Shown here in pieces: positions 53,942 to 64,000 of a DNA stretch of 64,000 nucleotides. How positions within the stretch are numbered: the stretch's first letter is position 1; each line of letters opens with the position of its first letter. The DNA lies in contig OX597818.1 in assembly GCA_951406725.2 (NCBI GenBank), positions 21,886,001 through 21,950,000 of the forward strand. The letters run 5' to 3'. The translations under genes were made by a program, and so were the position numbers. The notes beneath the pieces were generated by a model. It ran no database searches. It saw only the letters and a program-made list of their open reading frames with translations, and had not been told where the DNA came from. Source of the stretch: Octopus vulgaris. Its lineage: Eukaryota.

Positions 53942-54039
53942 CCATCCTTAATTTGGCTGGACAGCAATACAATGCTAACTGAATGCCCTCCTTGCTAGCA
54001 AACACTTTATGCTTTATTATAAACATGAGCACTAGGACA
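53942..54039 (+). other. Weak candidate exon
   Basis: Branch-like ATTAAC, then TTTCCCCTTTTCAG acceptor (G at 53941); possible donor A|GTAACC at 54040. Confidence 0.3.
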
Positions 54040-55499
54040 GTAACCTTTTCAAAATGAAAATTTTATCTTCCACATTTAATAGGAAGGATATTCACTTATT
54101 TCATCATTTGCATGGAGAAAAAATGTATAAACCATAATAGAAACTGATTTTACAATGTGTAAACTAACTACAGGTGTGTTCTGTAAATGATTTCATAGGA
54201 TACTTGAGAAACTCTTTCTGCATATGTATTGTGTATCTATTTTCCTTTTTTATCCTCATCACTGACTGTGAGAAGCTATGGAACAGTATTCTATATGCAC
54301 AGATCATTATAATTACATGCAGTGAGAGCAGTTATGTGTTTATTTCTATATCATATTTCTAACAAGAATAGACTGGTTGTGTTTTCGCTTATATAATAAT
54401 CAAAAAGGATAGTGAAATATTAGTAACATTCTTTTTAGAATACTGAGCTTATTTTTGGAATATGTTTAAGTAATAAGTTATTATTAATGAAAAAATGAAA
54501 TGTAAGCTGATGGAATGTTTTGTAGTTGGTACATAAGAGCTTGAGAAATGATTCCTTAAAAAATATGAATAACTAATGTAGAGAAGATAGCCAATACAAA
54601 GAAGAGACATCAGAAATGATGGTCAAAATTTAAAGTGTTAGGCCTCAGGATATAATCCACATATTGTCATAGAAAAGGTGAGCCATCCAACCCCCTACCA
54701 GCTCACTAGAAGAATATCCTGTGAAACAATAATGTTGATAACAACAATGATGATGATGATTTGCATACCTTACTGTTTTTCTGAACTCCTTTAAATTGAT
54801 TTTCTCCTACGGTGATCCTGGATCAATAACACTTGACCCAATAAAATACTGATCTTCACCAAGTAAATTCATACTTTTGTCATTACATAAATTGGTTTAC
54901 AACTCTAGGAAAGATGGTAACTACATGTACAAGATGAAATCAAATTGTTCTTTAGTGTTTAGAACGGAAAAACTGGGAATATGAAATATAAATGACTGTT
55001 CTTTGTAAAAAGTTCAATACAAAATTTGTATTATATTTAATGTCTCAATAACATGAGTGGTTTTATGCACAGTAGAGCTGCTTAGGTTTAATCAGTACAT
55101 TGTCAAATTATCAAATTGCATTTACCGTTACTGTTTGATGTCTGTCCACAAACGAACAAGACGTTCTCAGTTACTAAGTAGTTATTACAGTTTAGTATGA
55201 TTGGTGTGATTCATCAATGCAAACTGTAGAAAACTGTAAAATATCAATGTGTTGTATTTGTTTGTAGAGCTGAGTTCAAATCTTTACCTCATGTATGTAA
55301 AGTCTGAAGAGAAGTCTCAGCTAAGCTGACTTATTCTAAATATGCTATGTGAAACTGAAGTCTTCATTGATACTTCTATAAGACTTACTATTGCCAAATT
55401 GATTTAAAACTTCAAGTTTGTTAGTGATTACAAATGGGATGTGGTGATGCATGTTTCTTTCCCATGGATAATAATATCAATTACCTGACTGAAATCACA

Positions 55500-55850
55500 T
55501 TAAGCCAAGGACAATGATTCTAGCTGTTTTACTAAAATTATATTGAGTCAACTTTGACATTGTGGTTAGAGAGGACTGCAGAGTGAATGCTTCTAACATG
55601 ACTTGAGCTGAAGGTATGATTTTTAACTTAGGGCTGTGTAAGAAGTTGCTTATACCAAAGAAAATAGCCTGATAGAGCCCGCCCCTTTCCAAAATATGCC
55701 CATAGGATGAATTGAGCTCTCTATACTGAAAGCTAACAAAACACTTGACACATTTTACAGCATTGTTCCTATTTACAGCAGTGAATCATCCCTTTTCTGC
55801 AATACTTATTTTCAGTTAGATGGTCTGAGCTATTTAAGATTTAAGTTGCT
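55500..55850 (-). pseudogene. Possible DIRS-type tyrosine recombinase relic
   Basis: Broken frames give LK*LRPSN, WYKQLLTQP*VKNHTFSSSHVRSIHSAVLSNHNVKVDSI and SKTA, reminiscent of the DIRS YR segments LKQSRPG, WIKQ.L..AG....F.AHSTRS and DSILKTAGW. Confidence 0.3.
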
Positions 55851-57744
55851 TAACTATGGCATAAGTGCTGATGGTAGGAGATGGACTTTCAATTTCTTGA
55901 CTGGAAGTAATAGTTTGTCCTGTACTTTTACAGGTGTAATAACTTGTCCTGTACTTTTCCAGGTTCATAATCTTAAGAATATGACTTTCCATGCTCATAT
56001 TTTTCCATGTAATAAAGATCAGGGCTTGATGTAATCAACTAATCTCCTCCTCTGAAAATTACTAACCTTGAGCCTATTAGAAACCATTTTTTTTCCACAC
56101 CATAGTTGACCCATTTTCAATCTACTAAGAAGTGTTATTAACAATATTTGCATTCTGTTTGATATAATGAGCATCTCTAGGTGTGGCTTTATTAACTTTC
56201 TGTTTGTTTGTTTTTTAGTTTATGCGTACTTAGGAAATAAAGAGCAAACTAGTTTATTTGAAAGTGATGCTTTTACAGAAAGTTGTTGGATTGTAATATC
56301 AAAAAAAACCCAAAAAAAACGCTTTCCTTTGTCAACAAACTCTGGCATTTTAAATCTGTTATGACAGTCAGTAGAGGGTTATTGTTGTCAAGTAGTTCTG
56401 ATCAGCTCTCTTCAACAGACCTGTAATTTGGAGGACAAACCAAAGAACTTGTGTGTGTGTTTTACTCCAAGTAATGTCTTTAACTTTGACAGACTCTTCA
56501 GGCTGGTGAGATTGATTTGTTGAGATATATTGATCTTATGCCTTGTCTAAGTTCATGCTCGACATTCTATCAGGAAGTGTTTATGGAAATTGGTTCATGT
56601 AAAAGAAGTTTGGACAACAAAAAATATGAGCTGGTATGTGCAAGACTGACATCTGCTCGAATATGGACATAATGTGAATGGGCAATATGAGCGCTAAGTG
56701 AAAAAGTACTATTGCCTGAAAGTACTCACAGGAAAACCAACAAAGAATCAGGCAGTGACGAAGTCAAATCTTGACATTTTAGCTCCCAGATGAGATGATC
56801 GGTGATATTCTATGCAACAGACCCACCTGTTGCATGTTAATATGAGAAAAGAAATGACACTAAAACATTGATGCTGATGACATGAATGATGCCGAAAGCC
56901 ATTAAGGCTTTCTTTAAAGCTGATGAGGATGTTTTGTAGGATAGGAAGGATAGGATAGATAGTAGAGATTAGCTTGAAGTATTACAAATTTTTACTGCAA
57001 AAAAATATTAATAATCTTCTTGAAGCATAGTGGATGGGCGGTTGAGTTTAATTTGGTTTATGATAAGTGTTACAGGTCATCATTATTAGTTGGTGTAAAT
57101 TTAAAGACAGGAAGGGTGTCTTTGAGGGTTGCAATTCTAGGAAGGAAAAACTTGTCTTGTATTTAGTGTAACATAAAACTTTCTTTCTCCTTCTCTCTCT
57201 CTCTCAAATATATTTATAATATATGTGTTACACTGGTGTGTGCGTGTGTTTTCAGTGGGTGCAATTTTACATTGTCAAGTTGTCCATCTTAATGTTATAT
57301 GTTAACTTGTCTGTAAATTCATAATCCTTACAAATAAAAGCTTATTCGATTCAAGTTTGTTCATATCATTTGAATAGAAAACAGACATCATTATTAACAA
57401 CTAGCCTCCTCATCATGATGTTTTCAGATTATGAAAATTATAGCTATGTATATAAGAGACCATCATAACTCTGGACAAAGACTAGGATTTTAGTTGCTCA
57501 GCTGCTGTACTAATGCTTGCTGTTCCTCATATGGAAAATTTAATACAAGGTTCAGATAAAGATATCTTCCATTTATGTACAAAGTCAGCTTTTGTTGAAA
57601 AGCTGGTTGCAGTATATTGCTGGTACATAATTTTTATTGACTCTAATGATGAAAGGCAAGGTCAATCTCTGAAGTACTTTAACCCATAACAGTTAAACAC
57701 TGAATTCTGAAATTTTGATGATGGTTGATTATCTGGTGCAGATT

Positions 57745-57965
57745 TTTTTCTTACTTTTTTCTTTTTGAATTTTTTTACCTGTTAAGTCTGAAGAGAGGGA
57801 ATACTTAAGGTTCTTTCTTAAGTCTGGGAGACAGAGATACTGAATGTGTTGAATATGTTTAGCTTGATCTTCTGGAGATTTGAGGTTGGGAGGGAAACAT
57901 GGGTAGCAGGAGGTTGTAAAAGTATGTAGTTCTGGGAAGAGGAGAGATGTTGGGTAACTGGTCAT
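57745..57965 (-). mobile_element. CR1/L2 LINE extreme 3' end
   Basis: Minus strand ..LFPRTT..NLL..VFP..NLQKIK.. followed by CTTCAGACT and an A-rich tail, like the end of the 808-1343 copy. Confidence 0.55.
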
Positions 57966-59573
57966 ACTATCCTCATTGACCTTAGTTGGGTTTAAGTAAT
58001 GTGATTAAGCAGTGAAACCAATTATACTTAAAATCCATATTCCATTTCCTTTCCTTTCATCGTCAGTGTTGTGTAACTTTACACACACACCCCTCTGGGT
58101 TATCTCTGATGTGTGTGTGTGTATGTGTGTATATTGTGTTTGTCAACTATAGTCAGTGTTTGAATTGAATCTGGTCTTGCCAAATGTCAAAGTATAAATC
58201 CCATGCTACTAGAAAATAACAATATTAAATATATATTCTTGACTATCCTATTCTAAATAAAATTCTAAAGAATTCAGGAATGAATGTGGAACGCGCGTCC
58301 ACGCACACACACACACTCTATTTCTCTTAGAAAAATTAAGTAATTATGATACAATAGGAAATAAAATCTTTTGTATGGAAAGGAAAAATTTTTTCTTTCC
58401 TTTTCTTCAACATCCCACTAGTACTATACTGTACCTCAATATTTGGGTTCTGTCAAATTATACTTTAGAAGTCAAAACTTATTTGATTAGTTATATTTTA
58501 GTCTTGTTATCAGAAAACTAGTGGTGTGTGAGGGAAATAGTTATGGTCTACATTGGCAAAATTAAGTTCCGAAACTTCCATAAATTCAAATATTTTTTCC
58601 TTTCAAGAATAATCTTGTCTCAAAACATTTGAGAACCCTTGTTTCTCTACAACATATAATCACATTCAGATATCCATGTTTATGCATTATTCACACTTCT
58701 CTTAACATTTATTAACACCTTTAACTTGTTTTGTATTGTATTTTTTTAATAATATTTCTTGTTTATATGTTTAGTTATACCTGGTTTTTGGGGTTTTCTT
58801 TTTCACATGAAGGGCAACCAATTAAATTGTGCAATGTATAATAACCAAAATAACCCAAATAGTGCTGACCACAGGACCAGGTTACATATATCATTTTGCT
58901 CAAGTTACATATATCAGAGTTTAAAAATATGACATTTTAAAATAGTTAATAGAAAAGCTTTATTTTTCTCATTCAATGTAGATGTTTTTACTTGTTGGGT
59001 TCTTTTTTAAAGTTCTGTATGCGTGTACACATTCATGGATTCATCCTTGTATATATTTGACTAAAACTGTATACTCCTTTAAAATGAAAGGGTAAAAATC
59101 AAATATTTGACTCTGGGACTTGCCTGAAATTAAAAGAAGCCATAAAAAGGATTTGTCTGAAATATGGCACAAGCGATTTTTATTCCTTTGTGGTATTTAT
59201 GAGAATTTTAACTGTGTTTAGTGGTGAGTGACTTTGAAGTAAAGGATAATTTTTCTCTTGGCAAGCTAAGACATCAATGTATTTTCTATTCTTAGTTGAA
59301 GCCATTTAATTTTACTTATATTTACTTCAGTTGACTTTAGGAAATGCATGACTGTTACACTTCTTATTTACAGTTAATCTAAAATATAAGGCTTTTGTTC
59401 CACACCAAAAAGAAACCAATATTTTATTGTTATGAGAAAACTACATCATCATCATCATCATCATAATCACCATCACTACTATCATCATCATCATCAAATC
59501 ACAAACAGCACAAGGTATACACCATGTCCCTGAAGAGACATGCGAGCAGTAGTGTCTGTTGGGGGTGTAGAAT

Positions 59574-59715
59574 TGTACATTATTTACATTTGACAGATAT
59601 TTGTCCTCATCTTGTTTGTTGTTAACATAACATTTTGGGTGATACACCCTCCAGCCTTCATCAGGTGACTTGGGGAAATTTCGAACCTGGGTTCTCATTC
59701 CTAGGGTATTTTCGA

Positions 59716-59759
<44 letters not shown>

Positions 59760-59830
59760 TCACTGCCTAGGATCGAACTCAGAATCTTGGGTTTAGTATC
59801 CTGCGCTCTTAACCACTACGCCATATGCCC
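59574..59830 (-). mobile_element. tRNA-headed element with (AAT)n and hammerhead motif, left copy
   Basis: Minus strand: GGGCATATGGCGTAGTGGTTAAGAGCGC (A box), GAGTTCGATCC (B box), (AAT)n, a second B-box-like GGTTCGAAAT, then a hammerhead at 59624-59669. Confidence 0.85.
59624..59669 (-). ncRNA. Minimal hammerhead motif, more degenerate copy
   Basis: Minus strand GTCAC-CTGATGA-A-GGCTG-GAGGGTGTAT-CACCC-AAAATGTT-ATGTT. Confidence 0.55.
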
Positions 59831-59888
59831 GTGGTTAAGAGCGCAGGCGACTGACCCCAAGATTCTGAGTTTGATTCCAGGCAGTGGA

Positions 59889-59924
<36 letters not shown>

Positions 59925-60102
59925 TAACATCGAAAACTACCTTAGGAATGAGAACCCAGGTTCAAAATTTCCCCAAGACACCTGATGAAAGCTGGTGGGT
60001 ATGTCAGCTGAAACATTGTGTTAACAACAAACAAGATGAGGACAAATATCCGTCAAATGTAAATAATATACATAATACCTCATCTCTTAAATAGAGAACT
60101 GT
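59831..60102 (+). mobile_element. tRNA-headed element with (AAT)n and hammerhead motif, right copy (first 14 nt missing)
   Basis: Inverted copy of 59574-59816 that extends ~30 nt further at its 3' end. Confidence 0.85.
59977..60022 (+). ncRNA. Minimal type I hammerhead ribozyme motif (probably mutated)
   Basis: Stem I GACAC/GTGTT, core CTGATGA (59982-59988), stem II AGCTG/CAGCT, then GAAAC-ATT (60010-60017; reconstructed consensus GAAACGTT). Confidence 0.75.
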
Positions 60103-63100
60103 GCTACATCTGTTATTTCTTGTTTTTTTATTATTATTTGTTTTTTTTTGTGGGGGGGACTTTAGTGTTTTTCATCTGTTGTTGTGTGTTATATAAATAA
60201 TGTAAGTGTTGATAATTTCTTCAGTAGCGAATGTTTTATTTGTGTTGTGTGGGTTATGTGTTTTAATGTTGGATAGTGTATGTGCTGTGTGGTTGTGTTA
60301 TATTATTTGATGGTAGTTGTGCAGAATGCATGTTGGTGTTTTTTTTTTTTTTTATTCTTATTGAGTGAATTGGGTGGCTAGGTTGGCAGTGCTGCATACA
60401 GCCATCTCTTCAGTCCTCTATCATCTATAAGATGTCCAACATCTTGTCATTCCACTTCTTTCCATATTGTTCTTGGTATTCTTTTACCTTTGGGAAAATT
60501 CGTTGTCTATATATATTTGGCATCCAGCAGACTATTTACAATACATATTGAGCAAGACGAGTACAATTGTTTCCCTTGCATACATTGACTGAGGCTTTTA
60601 ATAGCAACCTGCTCTCTCATTTACAATCATGCACATCACTCAATATTCCAGAATTTTATAAAGATATATTGAATCTATTTTATAAAATTTTTCTTAACAT
60701 TCAAATATTTCAATTAAAGTACCAATATAGATTTGAAGGAAAACTTAAATGAGTTTCTGCTTGAATAGTTTACTTCAACGTTAAATCAGTTAATTAGTTT
60801 GCTTTTCATTTTCTAGAAATGATAAATGAGGTATTGGTCATGTATAAAAATAGGGGTCTTTCTTAGAAATTTATGACCTTGAATAAAGGAGACTTATATT
60901 ACAGTAAGATCATGGGAGGTAAAGTTTATTTTTTAACCCTGACTCTTGGGTTAATCTGAGACTTACAACTTCATTTGAATGCTTATAACAGAGTAGATTC
61001 CACTAAAGGGTCAGATGGTGGTGTTAAACTGAGCAATGGATTAAGTCTACTGCTCAAGAATTAGTTAATGACAGACAAAATGCTTTGTGGTGTTTGCTTC
61101 AGTCCCTTTGCATTCTGAGTTCACTCACCCTCCCAAGTTGACTTTACCTTTCATCCATCCCAGTTCCAAAACACTTGTGCTAGTGTTAAAAATAGCCGTT
61201 ATTATTGATAGAGAATAGTGATAAAGAATAGATGGTAAGTTTGGCAGGATGTTGGACATTTAACTCATTGCTCTAACAAACCTGCCATCTATTCTTTATC
61301 ACCATAACAATTGTTATTGTGAGGATTATAGTAATACTGTGCATAGACAGTAGCAAGAAGAGATTTTTATCTTTCTGAAGTAAAATAAAATAAATACTGG
61401 GTTGTATATTTGGTTTCATTTAATGGTCATTTGTCCTAGCTACACAATTGGCTTCAAATCTCATTTTTATCTATTTATTAATTTTAGCTGTAATTTCCCA
61501 GAAAATTAATACTTCCAGCTAAAATCACTTCATTACTTCTCTTACAACTTTGAGAAAGGCAGGTTTGTCTCACAATGCACATTGCACTTTATAAATGCAA
61601 TAAAAATATCAATAATAAAATTCATTTGACTAGATTAAGAACATTTTAACAAGAGAGTATGTATAACCTATTGAACTATCTTCAATTTATTGATTGATGT
61701 TTGTGTTATGATATCAAGAAGAATAACAGGAAATGTTGACTTGAGCATGTAATTAAATTTTTAAAAAATCAAAGAAGCAGTATAAAGACGATAATAATAA
61801 AGATTTATAGAGGAGAGGCATAATATCACAGATTTTTAATGGGGCGGAGTTTAGTATATACATAGTGTATTACTGATACTTATTGATCCCATGTGGAGAA
61901 AAAGCAAAACTTTTTTACAGGGATAATTTTTGTAGGATAAATATATAGTTTATTGATTCAGGTACTATTTTACCATTTATCCCACACCACCACAGAAGTG
62001 TGAAAGGCAAAATCAATCACAACAGGATTTGAACTCACAGCAGCAAAGAGTGAAACTGAATACTACAATGCATTTTGTCTGGTACTCTACAGTTTAGTAT
62101 CTCTACTATGTTCTTAATGATATTTATAACGATTTTTATTTCATTTTACTTTTGTATATTCATTTTTCCATGCATGGGTAGGAGGATTTATTTGTTACAG
62201 CTGGATACCTATCCAACCACTAACCATTGGGCCCTGAAGCAGGGAGTGAGTGGTGCCTGTTTTTGCTGCTGGGTCAGCCAAAATGAAGCAATGTTGAGGC
62301 TCTTACCCAGGAAAAGTAGCACAATAACAGTAATAAGATCTAAATTTAGGGCCATGTGAACCATAACCTGCAGTTTAATCTTACGGCCATTACCCTTCTG
62401 AATAATAATGTTAATGGTGGTGTTAATGATTAATATTCTAAAAGCAATGACGCTATTATTTGGTACAGGTGAATTGAGTGGGATGAAAACCAACATACAT
62501 TCCTGTTATCAAAATACTTCTTGTATTTTTATGATTTATCACAATAAATGTCTTTGGATAGCGTCTCCACCCTGTTAGTGACCATCACCATTTGGGTGTC
62601 AGCTAAGTACATTTATTAAAGAATGTTAGCTTAGGTCTAGAGCAGTGGACTGGAAGAATTAGTATAGAACAAAATAAAAACACGTCATAGTACTTAGTCA
62701 CATTTCTTTGCATTCTGAGTTCAAATCTCACTAAGATCAACTTTGCCTTTCATTCTTCTGTGCATTAACTTTGCTTTTCGTTTTTCAAAAATCAATGCTG
62801 CTTTTCATTGTCTTCAAATTGATGAACTTATTACTGTATTCTTCTCCAAAATTTGCAGCTTTATACCTATGTTAGAAATTATCATTATTAGTAGAATTTT
62901 TAATTAGGTTACTAGCCAAAATACTTCTGAGACTGATACAGTTGATGTTCAGCTGGAGTATCTGTAAATCAAGTATTGAGTTATATCCATTCAAATTTTG
63001 ATTTCTAATAGCCAATGAGTTCACTTTGCTTTTCATTTTCCTAGGATCAATATAATACAGGGGTTAATTTAATTTATATCACCTCTCACCACAAAATTCA

Positions 63101-63121
63101 TGGTCTTGTGCCTGCATTAAA

Positions 63122-63266
<145 letters not shown>

Positions 63267-64000
63267 ATTTTCATTAGCATCTTCTTACAATTCTGTTTCC
63301 ATTTCTTGCCAAGTGACACCTAGGGCAGAGAAATGTACTGTATACATTGGTAGGCCATTAAAGCAAACACACCAGATTGTTCATTTATAGAGTAATGTGA
63401 AGGAGGAAGACAGAGAAAAAGGAAAAAATAAAAAATAGAAAAGTAAACAAATAAATGGGGGAAAGAAAAGAAAATTCACAGCGACAATGCTCTTCTCAAT
63501 ATGTGTGATGTACCAGTTAAGGCAATCTTTTACACTTCCTGCATGCATGGTAAACCAGGAATCATTCTTAAATAATTTTCAATTCCTTTTTTGATCATTC
63601 CAAGTGCTCCTACAATCACTGGTATTGTAACTGTCTTGAGATGCCACATCTTTTTGATTTCAATTAGCAAATCTTTATATTTTCTGAGCTTATCAAATTC
63701 TTTTGCTGAGATATTATGGTCACAGGGTATGCCCATGTCAATCAATAAACAGACTTTATTACTTTTGTCTTTCACATCAATATCTGGTTTATTTGCCTTG
63801 ATGGTCCAGTCTGTACATACTTGGAAGTCCCAAAGAATAGTTACATTTTCTCCCTCAGTTACAGCCTTAGGTTGGTGCTTGTACCGTTTGTCAGTAGTTT
63901 TGATTTAATAATGCCGACACATCCAATGTAGATATTGGCCAACTCTGTCATGTCTTGATTTGTACTCTACAAGTGCTAAAACCTTACATCCAGAGATTAG
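63267..64000 (-). mobile_element. R4/Dong-type non-LTR retrotransposon 3' end with restriction-like endonuclease (continues beyond window)
   Basis: Minus strand RHDRVGQYLHW..ILWDFQV.TD.TIKANKPDI.VKDK..CLLIDMGIP..KLRKYKDL..IPVIVGALG..HILRRALSL* (PD..D and K..KY RLE motifs) with stops. The 3'UTR abuts the GAT/AAT microsatellite. Confidence 0.9.

Noticed and set aside
54766-54885. Minus-strand exon-like stretch (MNLLGEDQYFIGSSVIDPGSP) with donor AG|GTATGC
   Set aside because: In-frame stop before the donor, no clear acceptor and no recognisable protein.
56875-56915. CTGATGA..GAAAGCC-ATTAA-GGCTTTC hammerhead-like string
   Set aside because: Stem II does not abut GAAA and stem I cannot form; probably a chance 7-bp hairpin.
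59528-59560. CTGAAGA-GACA..TGTC next to the palindrome, and a minus-strand CTGAAGAG at ~60407-60414
   Set aside because: No GAAA or stem III follows, so neither can be called a ribozyme, although they could be truncated relics.

Overview
AT-rich, CpG-depleted animal genomic DNA, dense in microsatellites and almost wholly non-coding. The SINE repertoire suggests an octopus or other coleoid cephalopod (inferred from family resemblance, not a database match). The window is probably intronic sequence of a large gene, with only a few weak candidate exons (~14.5-14.9 kb, 34.1 kb, 42.8 kb, 53.9 kb). Most ORFs in the track are microsatellite or SINE artefacts. Recognisable content is mobile DNA: three tRNA-derived SINE families (four copies with target-site duplications); a 5'-truncated RTE LINE with a C4HC3 PHD-type finger in frame inside its RT; CR1/L2 fragments; a Penelope-like GIY-YIG fragment; an R4/Dong-type RLE LINE end; a complete non-autonomous Helitron; piggyBac-, hAT-, Tc1- and foldback-type remnants; and a possible DIRS recombinase relic. 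The most striking element is a ~500-bp palindrome at 59574-60102. It is made of two head-to-head copies of a tRNA-headed element, each carrying a minimal hammerhead ribozyme motif, and is a candidate Pol III 'retrozyme-SINE' that may be mobilised by Penelope elements. Further hammerhead-derived structures lie at 21.8 kb and 39.05 kb.
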